Below are positions 28,209 to 43,790 of a stretch of DNA of 64,000 nucleotides, in pieces. Both the position numbers and the translations under genes were made by a program. A model generated the notes under the pieces. That model made no database searches. It was not told the DNA's origin and was given only the letters and a program-made list of their open reading frames with translations. Origin of the DNA: Octopus vulgaris (taxonomy: Eukaryota); NCBI GenBank assembly GCA_951406725.2, contig OX597816.1, forward strand, positions 33,852,001-33,916,000, in the 5' to 3' direction. Position 1 is the stretch's first letter; each line of letters opens with the position of its first letter.

Positions 28209-29137
28209 ATCTAGAAGATACAGCGATTATATAACCATTTATTAAATAATAATAGGCATTCTAGCTGTATTTTTATTCATGACATATAATTAATCTATTC
28301 AAATTTGCACTTAGTATTTTTAAGCAAGATGACTGTGATCTGTGTGAAATTCATTTGTTATTTCTAACAGATATAGAGACCCCATAATACACAATCAATG
28401 ACATACTAATCGTGACCACCTCATTTTATTTTCAGACATATGATAGCGTTCTCAGGGCAGCAGTGAGATTTGTGACGGCTATTTCCATGGGGTCTAGCAA
28501 AAACTCAACGAATTAGCACTCGGTGAGAGAACTACCTTTTCCAAGACGTTACACTGGATTAATACAGTGCATCTTTCCTTTTTAAAAACGAGTAGGTGTC
28601 ATATGGATACTATGTGACAGCTAATTCTTGCATATCTAGCACCTTTCTAAACGCTTCCTTGTTGCCAGGAAAAGTTGTAATAACTCCCGTGGCTTCCTAA
28701 CTCATTGCAAAATGATGCTAAATGCAAACACTTCATTAACAATTAAAGTGGGATTTTATTTTTATATTTAATGCATTTTTTTGTGTGTGTTTTATATATT
28801 CATTATGATTTGTATCGATGATAATGTAGCTGATGTGTTGCGTATCGTAGATGATGTTGTTGCTGTGGTTACGATTGTCGAGATTACTATTGTTGCTATA
28901 ATGTTCTTTTTATATGAGAAGCTAATTAATGCGTTTTCAGCGATTCCGTGTTGTTCTGAAGCACGTTGACAATTCGCCAGAACGAAATTGGGCATATACT
29001 GTATATTAACTGCAGATTGTAAAATCAGTGTTAGATCTATTAAACAAACTAATTAACTGCTTTAGCTGTCTTTCTTTATCATTAATAGGCTCTTTTATTT
29101 GTCATCTTCCATGTTCATCTATGCAATTTCATTGACA

Positions 29138-29139
<2 letters not shown>

Positions 29140-29171
<32 letters not shown>

Positions 29172-29237
29172 ATAGATAGATTGATAGATAGAAAGATAGA
29201 TAGACAAATAGATAGATAGATTGATTGATAGATTAAT

Positions 29238-29291
<54 letters not shown>

Positions 29292-29365
29292 GATTAATAG
29301 ACAAATAGATAGATACATAAATAGATAAATAGACGGATAAATAGATAGACATATATATAGATAGG
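29140..29365. repeat. (TA)n/(GATA)n microsatellite
   Basis: Direct reading. Confidence 0.9.
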
Positions 29366-29699
29366 GTATAAATATACATATACATATCTATGTGTCTATA
29401 GATAATTGTGCTTGTACACCTATGTATATATTCCTGTATTTACACATATATACTACATGCTAACTTTATATCCATGAAAATGTTACACTGCCAGGTGTAC
29501 GGTATTATCATTTATTACCAAACATTCGACCTGTACTTGCACGTTAAATATACCACATCGGGGATAGGTAAAACCGTTCATATAATGACTCTGAAGGATT
29601 GGTTCTACAGCTGTGAAGATTTACATGCATTAATTTCAATTCCTTTTATTTCTAACTGCATTGTTTGTCTTGGGTAAACTAACATCTCTTTGTGCACAA

Positions 29700-30650
29700 A
29701 GGACTTGAAGTTGAACTAGCAGCGATTTTTCTCATAAATAAATGAAATTTGGCTTCGAGACGTTATCAAATACCTGTAGAAAAACGGTTTAGTCCCCAAA
29801 GACATTCATGCTGACATGGTTGTTACATTAGGCAGTGATGCCCGGCTTTATCAACTGTGCAAATGTGAGCAGTTGAATTTAAGAGGGAGAGGGAGACTTT
29901 ACAATGACCCATGATTTAGAAAACATCAATCGAGTTCACCACAAGCTGAAAGATGACAGGCAATTGAATATAAATCAAATAACCAATGCTATTGGCATAT
30001 CACGTGAGGACACTCTGCAATATGGACTTGGTAAGACGAAAGTTTCTTCTCGGTTGGTGCCACATCTTCTGACACATGTTAAAAAGTGCACCAGGCTGAT
30101 GGCATCACGGGAAAATCTGATATTGTTTGAGGCGGGTCCAGATGGTTAACTGTTGAAGCTAGGATGAGTGCTGGCGTCATCACTTTGAGCTAGAGAAATA
30201 GAGACAATCAGTGGAAACATCCTATTTCATTTGCTTCAAAGAAGGCCAAGGTTGTTTCATCATCAAGGAAGATGAGGATTCGTGTTTTAGAATACAAAAA
30301 GTATTATGTTGATTGACTATCTTCAAAAGGGCCACACCATCAGTGGAAAGTACTATGCAAAACTGCTGAGGCTGCTATGAAGCGCTATGTAAACCAAACA
30401 CTCATGGAAACTGACGAAAGGTGTCTCGTTGAATTAGAACAGGGCTCGTGATTAAGCCTCATCGGTTTATCCTCTGCTCCCGAAAAGGAAAAAAACCACT
30501 TGCCTGAGAACCAGCATCACGGCAATGATGACGCCATATTAGCCGTTGATGATTTTTGATCAGCAAGTTGAAAGCTTCTTCAACAAGAGTATCTAAGCAC
30601 TGTAACATGGAGAGAAAAAGTGTGCGAACCGCAAGGGTGTCTATGTTCAT
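29700..30650 (+). mobile_element. Degenerate mariner, same family as 6985-8270
   Basis: KVSSRLVPHLLT (WVPxxL), DEC-x-RHHFE and IDYLQKGHTISGKYYAKLL motifs; nucleotide similarity to the 7-kb copy. Confidence 0.8.
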
Positions 30651-30859
30651 ATACTACAACAAAAGCAACAACAGCAACAAAAACAACAAACGACAACATC
30701 TACAATAACAACGACACGAACAACACTAGCTGTTACTTAGACCTGCGCTATATTGCATAATCCATTCATTTATTACTGAAGTATATAAAATGGGAAGGGA
30801 TAAGTGTTTCGAAGTATAAAAAAAAGTTAAATATGCGCACATGAGCTGGCAGAAAATAC

Positions 30860-31245
<386 letters not shown>

Positions 31246-31813
31246 GAGGTGAAAGAGGGAAAACGGTAATATAATTTGCTCTTTCGACGTGCACTATGAT
31301 AGTATTGAAATAAATATATTTTAGAGCAAAAAAAAATCACTGAATCTGCTTGCAAAAGTCTTTTTAAAATGTGCTAGAGTGACTGATATTAGTGCCAAAA
31401 ATGGATTTCCAAAGAAACTTCCAGAAATGGAGAGTTGTAGCAATTATTGGAATATTACTTTCACTTTCATTGAGCTCCTTTGTAATACTCTGCCACAAAA
31501 GTAATATTTCCGTTACTCTTGCAAGAGATTTCTTCATACAATAACTGTACATACTCACGTGCACACACATACGCATGTATGTGTGCGTGTATCTATACTT
31601 ATATATATATATATATATATATACATATATATAAATGTACATATATATACATATATAGTCTATTTATCTATCTATCTATATATATATATATATATATGTG
31701 AGTGTGTGTGTGTGTTTGTGTGAGTGTGTAAGATTGTGCATATGTATATAAGTCTTTGTGTGTATACCTATAAATATACATACATGCAAATATGCACGGA
31801 CATATATTTAGTG

Positions 31814-31869
<56 letters not shown>

Positions 31870-32677
31870 CATATTTATTGACAATAGACACAGTGAGGGA
31901 GAGAGAGTTGGAATGATAGATATATAGATAGATAGATAGATGCGTATATATTAATGCATATATGCATACGAATTAATCTATGTAGATATGTTTCATGTGT
32001 GTGCCTGTGTGCATGTGTACGTGTGTCTCCCTCTATATCTGTGTGTGTGTGTGTGCGTGCGTGTATGATTATAATGATATGTGTGCGCGCATATGAATGA
32101 CACAATCGCATATTAAAAAACACTTTAAAAACTACAGAATGAAAGAAAGAGAGAGAAGATCGGCGGGAGGAAGAGCAAAATTTAGGGAATCCGGTATATA
32201 TAGAGAGAAAATAGAAAGTCTGTGAAACAAACGACGTAAGGAGATATAGAGAGAGGAAGGATGAATTGAAGGGAGAGAGAGAATGAAATTAACCGAAAGG
32301 AAAAGTCTTTCGGAATCATTAAAGCAAATCTATTGAAGTGCTTTTAATGATGGCTCTTTCTTGCTTTTGATCATGTTGCTGATGATGTTCTTGTTGGTGA
32401 TAGTGTTGATGATTCTAATGTTTGGGGTGGTGATGGCGGTAATGATGCTGATGTCGATGGTGATGATGTTGTGCATTATAGCAATTATCATTCCAGGATC
32501 AAATGAAATTAGTATAGTTCATTTTGCATTCATCTCTTTCTCTTCGTTCCATCATACACACACGCGCACACACACACACACACATACATATAATAGTCAC
32601 ACACACACATATATGCATATATGAATTAATGTGTGTGTATATGTATGTGTGTGTGTGAGTGTGTGTATGAATAAATG

Positions 32678-32736
<59 letters not shown>

Positions 32737-33789
32737 GCACACAAACGTATATATGGTTACATATACAAACATGTAAACGCATATTCACACACACTCACGC
32801 ACACATACACATACATATATATTTGTAAATACAAAGGAACATATATTCATATGGAAATATGTACATACACACACTACTCTGTCATTAATTATATATATAT
32901 ATACCCATCGTCATACATGCATATTGATGCAGTTACCTAAGAAACATACCCTGGAGATTCACGTACTCTACTGAAACGAGGATAACTGTCACTCTCGTGC
33001 ACAGATATGTATAAATATGACAGTGTTCAGCCTATATATTTCAATGCTACACTTCATCCCTAATCAGCATACTCGTACGTAATAACATGCATGCATGTAC
33101 AATCAGACACACGCACTATACTATGTTTTCTGCACGTGTATAAGATATTAACATACTTGTGAGTAAGTAGATATCTTCTTCGTTTTACTAAGCAGGTGAT
33201 CGTGCGTGAATAGACTGTGTGAATAGACACAAAGAAAAGGACAGTAAGCCAGAGATCGGAGCTGGTGAGCATGTTACCAAGCAGTGAATTTAGCTGTTGA
33301 AATTGTGTGGATCATTTTTTCTGCAAAGCTATAACTAATCTCGGAGGTACAAGTGCAGCAATAAGGAAGGCAATAAATTTCATTAATGAAGCTGCGGAGG
33401 AGGCCACTTGTTGCCTCAGTGTGTGTGCGTGTCCACGTGTATGTCTGTGCATATAGAATTATTTTTCTTCTCCAATACGCAGTTAGCAATATTTGTGAAG
33501 AGTAGAGTTTGAGCAAGGGTCTTACCTAACTAAAATCAAGAGTCGTGTACGAAATCCTCAGTCAATAAGATACTTTTAAAATATTTAGCTGATTAAAAAG
33601 AAACTAGAAATATTTATACAAATATCTACTGAATACTGAACGTTCTGTTGTTCTATTTTCTACGAAATATACATATGCACATAAATACACTTACATGAAT
33701 AAAATTTAGGAGTAAGTGCGTGATTGTGTGTGTGTGTGTTTGTGTGTATGCATATGTATATATATGTATACATATATATACATATATAT

Positions 33790-33882
<93 letters not shown>

Positions 33883-34314
33883 GATACATGCATATATATA
33901 TATATATTTGTATATTCGTTTTTATTATATAAATATATCACTACGTATATATAATAATAGTAATAAAAATGGTTGTGTTTAATGATACTTAATCATATAC
34001 GCATAATCACACATGATGCCTACAGACTACATATGCATGCAAACACACATATATATACTTCTATAAAAGCACTTGTATAAAACACTTACATACGGAAATA
34101 TAGTTGAGTATATACTTACAGATATACAGGAATAATATTCTAAGTAACATATTTAACAGACATAGAACTAAGTTAAAGTTGCATTATTATGTTATTGGAC
34201 AGTGACATTTCAGTTTATTTCATTGTCCACTCTTGTGCCACTGACAGTCATGGAACTGACAGTTTTCGTGTATTTCTTTAAAAATTATTACATGATTATA
34301 CTTTATTCTTATTT

Positions 34315-34727
34315 TTTATTGCACAAAAGTGGCTAAAATAAAGGGAACAAAGAAGGATAGACAAACAGATTAAGTCGATTACATCGACCCCAGTGCGTAA
34401 CTTGTACTTCATTTATCGACCCCGAAAGGATGAAAGGCAAAGTCGACCTCGGCGGAAATTTAACTCAGAACGTAATGGCAGACGAAATACCTATTTCTTC
34501 ACTACCCACAAGGGGCTAAACATAGAGGGGACACACAAGGAAAGGCAGACAAACGGATTAAGACGATTATAACGACCCCAGTGCGTAACATGTACCTATA
34601 TAATCGACCCCGAAAGGATGAAATGCAAAGTCGACCTCGGTGGAATTTGAACTCAGAACGTGACGGCAGACGAAATACAGGTAAGCATTTCGCCCGGTGT
34701 GCTAACGTTTCTGCCTGCACGCCGCCT
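34315..34727 (-). mobile_element. tRNA-derived SINE family C, tandem pair (one full, one 5'-truncated)
   Basis: Two head-to-tail copies of gacaaac..gattaag..cgaccccagtgcgtaac..cgaccccgaaaggatgaaa..gtcgacctcgg..gaactcagaacgt. Head ggcggcgtgcaggcagaaacgttagca on the minus strand. Confidence 0.85.
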
Positions 34728-35241
34728 AGAATAATTATACTTTATTCTATTTTGTCATACAGAGAAGGAGTGACACGTGCATTGCACATAGTTTCAATGG
34801 ATATTAAACTCGACACGCTCACACATGTAGTCAGCTATATGCATAGTGTGTCACAGAGAGTAAGACGCAATCATAAACTACATAATATCGCATTTCATGA
34901 AATACATAAATCTGTACATATAAACATGCAACGCGAGACACAGACAGAAAGGGAAGGTTTAGACAAAGCGAAAATTAGGGATTCAACATATATATGTATC
35001 GATGAGATAAGTATAAATTTTATACAATTAATGAGCGGTATCTGAACGATCAATGCCTGCTAGAGAAGGTCGGTCTATGGTCGCAGTCCTGTGTAAGAAG
35101 CCATTCAAATTTTACATACAGATATACAAATACACACACACACATATACACACATTTATATACGTGTACATACGCATATATATATATATATATGTGTGTG
35201 CGTGTGTGTGTATCTATGTATATATGTATCTATGCATATAA

Positions 35242-35288
<47 letters not shown>

Positions 35289-35385
35289 TGTGTGTGTTTA
35301 TATATGTATATGTGTGTATATATATTTGTGTGCATATATACATTCATAAATATACATATATATATATATATATATAGGGAAAGTT

Positions 35386-35524
35386 TACGAAAACAACAAA
35401 AGAAGACAGGTGGTGTACAAAACAAACAGATGTATTAGTATAACGCTAAGGAATAGAAAAATATTTTACCTTTCGAGCCTACGCCCTTCTACAGAATGGT
35501 ACACAGAAAAAAACAAGTAGAGAA

Positions 35525-35530
<6 letters not shown>
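35386..35530 (-). mobile_element. Short cassette in (TA)n with a hammerhead-like motif (solo pLTR-like)
   Basis: Minus strand CTGTAGA-a-gggc-gtag-gctc-GAAA (35494-35471); flanked by (TA)n on both sides. Confidence 0.5.
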
Positions 35531-35556
<26 letters not shown>

Positions 35557-35929
35557 TCTCTTCCATATCGGCTAACTCTGATGCGCGTAAGGTTGTATAA
35601 TCGGACTGCGCGAAGCCCATTGGTAAGATCAGGCGTGATGCATATATAATACTGTACATTTCAGATAATATACCCACTCAATTGACAGAAATACGAATTC
35701 ATCTTTTCCCTGACTTATAGACTGTTACACGGCTCCTGTATATATTCTGGCCTTTTCAAAACTGTAACTACACTTGGATTGTTGGCAATTTCCCCCTCCT
35801 TCCTCGTTTTCTTTTGGACTTACCTATGTCTCCTGTTTCCTCAGCTCAAACCGTAAAACAACCACTTTTTCTCTCCGTGAGTGTCTTGGTATACAGATAT
35901 AGATGTCCGTGTGAGAGAAGGAAGGAAGT

Positions 35930-36889
35930 ATCTAGAAAGATCGAAATATGTCTAAGTTTAGGACATGAACAGGGGCCTACTAAAAATAACTTCAAAGATG
36001 CTTCCAAAGCTCAAGGAACACTAGATGAGGCATATACCAATGTAGAAACAGATTACTTTCTGAGATTAACAAAATTCCAAACTTGCATGCTGCAGTATGG
36101 AAAATAATAAACACACTAACTGAAATAAATTTTAAGCCCCCTTTCCCAAAGCATCATATTTTAAGGTGGTTCCTCTGAGAAGCGCAAGGCCAACTAGTTT
36201 GACCACTTTCAGAAACTTCTCGGAGAACCACCACAAGCTACCGGTCTTCCACTTACTCTACACTAACTGTCGAATGTATTAGACATCAACACGGACCTTT
36301 CCACGTTGGATGAGCTCAAATTATATCTCAGTAGTTCCGATAACTATAAATCTCCAGGACTCGATAACATACCAACAATACTGTGGAAAGATCCAATATT
36401 TCATGAAATCTTAAAGGTTTCTGCAACGACAAATATGCACATCATTTGCCTCCATCAGCTTGGTTGAAGGGTGGAACTGTCCTTGTCTACCAAAAAGGTG
36501 ATCTAACAAGTGAAGCAAATTATAGAGGCTCTAGACTCATCCTGATTGCAGCAAAAGTTTTTAATAAATTTCTGCTTAATAGGATTGTGCCTATGTTCGA
36601 TCCACTTCGTAAGAATCAGAATGGAATTAGAAGTGGCCGGTCAATAACTGCTCAAATCCTCTCCATCAATCGCATACTCTTTACTCTTTTACTTGTTTAC
36701 TTTTTCAGTCATTTGACTGCGGCCATACTGGAGCATCGCCTTTAGGTGACCAAATCGACCCCAAGGCTTATACTTTGTAAAACTAGTACTTATTCTATCG
36801 GTCTCTTTTGCCGAACCTGTAAGTTACGGGGACGCAAACATACCAGCATCGTTTGTCAATCGATTTTGGTGGGGACAAACACAGACACA

Positions 36890-36956
<67 letters not shown>

Positions 36957-37460
36957 GACAGGCTTCTTTCAGTTTCCGTCTACCAAATCCACTCACAAGG
37001 CTTTGGTTGGCCCGAGGCTATAATAGAAGACACACTTGCCCGAGGTGCCACGCAGTGGGACTGAACCCGGAGCCATATGGATGGTAAGCAAGCTACTTAC
37101 CTCGCAGCCACTCCTGCATACTGAAAAAAAGGAAAAAAGTTTAACACTATCGTCACAATCTGTTTTGTCGACTTTCGCAAATCATTTTATTCCATTAGAA
37201 GAGGTCTTATGCTTAAAATCATTGCACTGAGTGGTATTCATCCCAGAATTGTTGATGCTATCAGAGATTTGTACCCAAACACCACTGCCACAGTAATATC
37301 TCCTTTTGGAGAAATTGATTTCTTTGAAGTCGAAGCAGGTGTTCTGCAGTGTGACACACTAGCTCTTTTCTTGTTCATCACAATATGCAGCCGTAATCAA
37401 AGCAATCAACATTGGATTAATGGAACCGCCGTCATCATAGCAGAAATGATTTTATCTCCC
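35930..37460 (+). mobile_element. RTE-like LINE reverse-transcriptase remnant interrupted by a SINE
   Basis: KSPGLDNIP, KGDLTSEANYRG...AKVFNKFLLNRI...QNGIRSGRS; resumes after the SINE with FVDF...and GVLQCDTLALFLF. Confidence 0.85.
36679..37115 (-). mobile_element. tRNA-derived SINE family A inserted in the LINE
   Basis: Full-length reverse copy; gcatact repeated at 36672-36678 and 37116-37122 (candidate TSD). Confidence 0.9.
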
Positions 37461-38007
37461 AATTATACATATATACACATCGCCTGAATGTCTCCACTTT
37501 TTGCTGTCTCCCCTTTTTCGATGTATACATATATACATAGTTTGTAGTTTATACCGAAACTGTTATGATTAATATATCTACTTTGTTTATCAGCATAATT
37601 GCCTCCATATTTGTTCACCTTGATTCCTCCTAGAGCCATTCCCATCACCGTGAAATTGAACACCTCTAAAGATATCGGGAACTCAGTTTGCATTATTTGA
37701 GCACTACTAAATGCCTTCTATACGGAAAATTTCTGAATCTCATCTGTTGACAATATATATGTATATACGATGAATAGCCTTCGCGTAAACCACTGGTTCG
37801 TTTTGTTCTCTTACTTTATTATCATCTTATAACCATCTCATAATAATGACCTTTATGACTCGTATTACAACCTCAGTCAATCTAAATATATATGTTTGTC
37901 ACTACCTGTCATAAATAGACTTTTTCTATTTGCAATATGCATTTTCGTTAATTTTTCATATTTTAGCCTTACATTTCCACGTGTATTTTATATTTTCTTT
38001 TCGTAAC

Positions 38008-38070
<63 letters not shown>

Positions 38071-38362
38071 ACGATGAGGATATTTAAACCTCATGTAAAA
38101 ATATCTTACGTAAGATACACTGGTCTCCTATACTATATGTTGAAAAGATATTTTTTCAATGAACATATTATATAAAATATCGTAGAATATCACATAATAT
38201 TGTCGAGGTAGAAGCCAGAGTGATCAAACGGACACAATATGATTTATTAATTAATCAACATATTCACCTACAATTGTTTCATTCCACAACACAAGGATTA
38301 CATTATGATCCCTGATGTACACCCTGATGATTTTTCATACAAAGTATTTAAAATACAAAATG

Positions 38363-38414
<52 letters not shown>

Positions 38415-38529
38415 TATAAATATATATGTTTTAAAAATTTAATTTTTTTTGGGCTTGTGAAATGAAATAATTGACGGTGATTATGATAATTAATTACTAA
38501 ATTGATTTGTATCCATTATATCTCCCTGT

Positions 38530-38687
<158 letters not shown>

Positions 38688-38720
38688 CACACGCACACAT
38701 TCGTACATATATATATATAT

Positions 38721-39115
38721 CCTTTACTTGTAATCATCATTTGACTGCGGCCATGCTGGAGCACCGCCTTTTAGTCGAGCAAATCGACTCCAGGACTTAT
38801 TCTTTGGAAGCCTAGTGCTTATTCTATCGGTCTTTTTGGCGAACCGCTAGGTTACGTGGATATAAACACCACCATCTGTTGTCAAGTGATGTTGAGGGGA
38901 CAAACACAGGCACACAAACACCTACACACACATACATATAAATATACATATATACGACGGGCTTCTTTCAGTTTCCGTCTACTAAATTCACTCACTAGGC
39001 TTTGGTCGGTCTGAAATTACAGTAGAAACACTCGCCCAAGGTGCCACGCAGTGGAAACGAAGCCGGAACCATATGGTTGGTAAACAAGCTAATTACCACA
39101 CAGCAACTTCTGCTC
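38721..39115 (-). mobile_element. tRNA-derived SINE family A
   Basis: Colinear with the other family A copies. Confidence 0.9.
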
Positions 39116-40974
39116 CATATACACACACACACATATATATATATATTCTCACCCATATTTATGATATTGAACGAGTTAAATGGTAATCAATGCATGATGT
39201 ATAAGTGATATTCTCATCGATATGTGAAGTATCCGTATTCATAATGTCAATACGTATATTATGAATATTGTGTGCAATATAAAATGAATATAAATAATAA
39301 CAATGCCATTAACACGTGAAAAAATGAAGGTAACCGTTGAGTACGCAACAGCTTCAATTTGAATGTTTGCTGCTTCCGGTATAATTTTTTTTATAGATGG
39401 TCCATACATAATAAACGCGAAAATTCATCATGCTTTCATACCTTCGATGTTCCATAGAAGTTCAGAGAGGCTGTGTAGTTTACCCTAGTTAATTTTCTGC
39501 TGCTGAACACAAAATATCTAAATGTGTAGCAATTTATATGCACTGTCTCAAAGACAACATCAGTTGTTACAATCTCACGTAGTTTGTTATGAAAACTGGA
39601 AGGCTTTTCTAAAGTAGGTGCACTCATGGGATCTCTACAATAAAGAATCTAGTGAAACTTTTAGACAGAATAAACCATTTTATCAATCGAAAGCAAGACG
39701 TGATCACTTTTTGCAGACATCGATTTTTTAAAACGTTCTCATGTCACCATTGATCGATATTTTCTACTTATATTAGAATGTACTGTAACTTTCCTTCATT
39801 TCTAGTTACTTGCCCTAGCTTTGGTCTAACGTTATACGCATATTGGGTTTTATTTGAGCATATTTTGATGTCATTATTTGTAATAAAAGATACCTTAGAC
39901 TTATTTTTTAATTAAATAATGTTAGTTGCAACTCATATATTGCTAAAACTGTTTTTCGTTTGCGTCATTTTCTTCTATTTTATTTTAAATTTATCCCCCG
40001 TGAATTATATAAAAAACACTTGAGGATACATACAATATATTCAGGCCATGAAACACATGGGCCCAAGTTTTCCACACAGAGCACTTCTAATTGGCATGTT
40101 ACTAATCTCTTTCCTATGAATTATTAATTCATTTTGATATTAGCCATATTGTTATGGTACGATTTACGATATTTCTCGCCGTGTCACTATATTATTATCA
40201 GAATCGCCACGTAACAGTTATATATATTCGATCTATATCCCTCTCCGCTTGAGTTCTTTGCGAATTTGTAAACCCTTTCTCGTTCATCTATATATTTCTT
40301 CCTTACTGCATCCCTCACATTTACTTTCGATTTTACTTCTTAACTATAATCATTGCTGTAATACGAATCCAGTTGCCCACGCGCCATGGTTCCTCCATAT
40401 CTTAACGATATATGTTTTTAAATATTGCTTCTACAAATAGCAGATTCAATTCTTCCGATCAAGAGATCAAGTGAGGATACAATTAATGCTTAGACTTATT
40501 TCGTATTTAAATGCTAATATGATTTTATTGTATTTCTTTGTATGCATAATGCATTATACTCTATCAAGTTTTCATCGCATCACTGAAACAGCTGTAAAGG
40601 ATCACCAAGGATTTTCTTTGTTCTTAGTTGTATTTTCGATAATATAAACTCCAGATATCTTTAAATTTTAAAGAGTAAGCATGAACTATCTTCCTTATTT
40701 CTGCATAATTATATTTACGTTACAAGTAAATTCAATGGCTACATCAGAGTGGCTTTTCCGTGCTACCACGGGTATGTCTGGCTTTTTCAGTTTTCGACAA
40801 TTTTCGTCACTGGTACAGGATTTTAGGATTTTTATTCATTTTTCTGCTTTCATCTTTATGTTTAAGTGAGAATTTGTGGTTTGATCAATTTGTATGCTAT
40901 TCTTAGCATACCCATATTGCTTGTTAGTACCCTTAATTATTAATACAAACATTCATGTTCATATATATATATAC

Positions 40975-41380
40975 GCGCAGGAGTGGCTGTGTGGTAAGTA
41001 GCTTGTTTACCAACCACATGGTTCCGGGTTCAGTCCCACTGCGTGGCACCTTAGGCAGGTGTCTTCTACTATATCCACGGGCCGACCAAAGCCTTGTGAG
41101 TGGATTTAGTAGACGGAAACTGAAAGAAGCCCGTCGTATATATGTATATATATATATGCGTGTGTGTGTTTGTGTGAGTGCGTTTGTCCCCCTAGCATTG
41201 CTTGACAACCGATGCTGGTGTGTTTATGTTCCCGTTACTTCGCGGTTCGGCAAAAGAGACCGATAGTATAAGTACTAAGCTTACAAAAGAATAAATCCCG
41301 GGGTCGAGTTGCTCGATTAAAGGCGGTGCTCCAGCATGGCTGCAGTCAAATGACTGAAACAAGTAAAAGAGTAAAAGAGA
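40975..41380 (+). mobile_element. tRNA-derived SINE family A
   Basis: A/B-box head and aagtaaaagagtaaaagag tail. Confidence 0.92.
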
Positions 41381-41386
41381 TATGTA

Positions 41387-42634
41387 CAGGGTTTGGACAA
41401 AATAATGGAAAGATTTGCATTATAGCATCATGATTTTTAAATATCTATAAAACCGTTAAAAGCTTGTTTATTTTTTTGTTTCTGATTTATTATTAATGTT
41501 ACTTAATAAATTTTGCTAAAATTGCTATTTCTTTTTAGGTAATTAAAATTTATTAAAAAATGACAGATCTATCGGATTGTTGGTGCTCGTATACTAGGCG
41601 CTAGCATAATGAAGACAGCCGAAATGTTTAGTGTATCAAGAAAGTACTCTCTTGAAAGTAATAACAACCTTTGAGAAAGAGGGAAAAACCTTCTCGTGGA
41701 AACAAAATCCCGAAAGAAAACTAAAACTTTCAGATAGGGGCCGTCGCTGTCTTACGCTAATTGTTAGAAAGGATAAAAAAACACAGCTCTCAAAATTACT
41801 GCAGAGCGTAATGACAATCTAGAGAACCCAGTTTCCCCATCAACTGTTCGCCAGGTGCTGCACAAAGCCGGATTTCACGGGAGGGCTACAATAAGAAAAC
41901 CACTATTTTCAAAAATAAATCTTGTAAAGCGTTTACAGTCGATTAAATAAACAAAAATCCTACAGAAGTGGTCCGAAGAGCAGTGGAAGAATGTCATATT
42001 CTCGGACGCGTCATCCTTTACCTTATTTTTGACCACCAGCCCAGTATACGTGTGGAGACAGCCAAAATATGCATTTGACCCAGACTGCCTTAATCCAAAT
42101 GTTAAACATGTAGAAGGATCTGTAGTGATCTGGAAGGGGGTTAAATATTGGAAATCCGCCGACCTAATGGCTTCCCTTCGGGGAAGAATTAATAGTCAAG
42201 ACTATTTAAGCATTCTATCTCATCACATTCATCCTATGGTTACAGAACACTTTCCGGAGGAAAATGCAATCTTACAGGGTTATAACGCTCCAATTCACAC
42301 AACTAAAGTTGTTACTGAATAGTACGAGGACATTGTGGTGAGGTTGAACATCTTATGTCTATCACAGTCCCCGGATCTCAATATAATCGAATGTTTGTGG
42401 TGCATTTCAGAAACACAGCTAAGGAGTCGATACCCTCCGTTACCATCACTACAATAGCTGGAGACTGTTTTAGTTGAAGAATGGGCAAAAATTCCTTTGG
42501 AAACAATACAAACTTTGTACGAGTCCATACTTTATAAAATTCAAGCTTTAATTACTTTCAAAGACGTTCTACTCCATATTAAAATAAATTTCTTTGAAAT
42601 TTTAAGGTGTTTCCATTATTTTGTCCAACCCCTG
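41387..42634 (+). mobile_element. Tc1-family transposon, near full length (1248 bp), transposase disrupted
   Basis: TIRs cagggtttggacaaaataatggaaa and tttccattattttgtccaacccctg, flanked by TA. Motifs IRKPL, WKNVIFSDASSF, VKHVEGSVVIW, LQGYNAPIH and QSPDLNIIECLW. Confidence 0.93.
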
Positions 42635-42919
42635 TATATGTACGTGTGTGTGTATGTCTGTCTATGTATATATATATATGTGTGTGTGTGTGTGTGCGTG
42701 AATTTGTATACATATGTATAAGTATGTATATACATATGTATATATACATACATATATAAATTTGTATACACATATGTAAATCTATCTATCTATCTACCCA
42801 TATATATATATATATATCAATAATAAGGATTACTACGAAGTTTCATAGCCTTTCGTTCTTTACGTAGACCAACACCTATGGGTATATATGTACTCACACA
42901 CATACAGACATATCTATGA

Positions 42920-43581
42920 TGGACTGGTCAAAAACTGTTATTTTTTTGCGAAGATAAGACGCAAATTTTAAACACAGAGCATGTTATTCGATCAATGATA
43001 TGATAACGTGTAGTCCGAGTATTTTCCTCCATCTCATGAGTATATCCATTATTTGCAGCGCAAGGAACTTTTTGTCGTTGCTGGTGAAAATATTTTAGGC
43101 GAATGATTACATCCTTTTTAGTGTTGAAGGTCTCTCGTATCAGTGCACTTTGAAGAGATGAAAGCAGGCGGAAATCCGAAGGTGTAAAGTCGGGCAAATA
43201 TGGTGACTGTAGAAAAAACTCCTATCCAAGCCACGGTACCTTCTGCCGCGTCTTCATATAAAGGTACGTTCTGGGATTTGCATGATGAATGACAATGTTC
43301 TTACGATTAGCAATTCTGGGGTGTTTACTGCGGATCGCTGCGTTTAATTTATGACAGTACACAAATGAATGGATATATATACAGGAAGAAGAAATCTTTC
43401 TTCCAATCCCACCAAATTGAAAGGAGAATCTGATTGGTGTAAAATCCTTGGAGGATGTTTTTTGGTGGTTTTCCGCACCTTTTCTTTGATCGTTTTGCGC
43501 TTCACGTTGCCGCATGCAGTCCATTTTCCGTCCACTAACACTTACAAAACAGAGAGAGAGAGAGAGAGCGAGCGAAAGAGT

Positions 43582-43632
<51 letters not shown>

Positions 43633-43790
43633 TGGAGAGGATATGAAATCGAGACGAGAATCCATTTTTTACCCTTTTTCTGCAACGACTCGCTGCTGGA
43701 TTGAATTGATGTGGGCCACAAACCTCGTGTCTGCTGACATAACCAAGTTTCATATTTCAGGAATATCTGCGAGCACCTTGGTCCCATAAA
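42920..43790 (-). mobile_element. Degenerate mariner split by a (GA)n tract (43549-43635)
   Basis: Minus-strand motifs KLGYVSRHEVCGPH, DGKW...NVKRK, IVIHHANPRT and PDFTPSDFRLLSSLQ. Confidence 0.8.

Noticed and set aside
37463-37760. Possible minus-strand RT fragment (GIKVN...YAD)
   Set aside because: Motif too degenerate to support a call.
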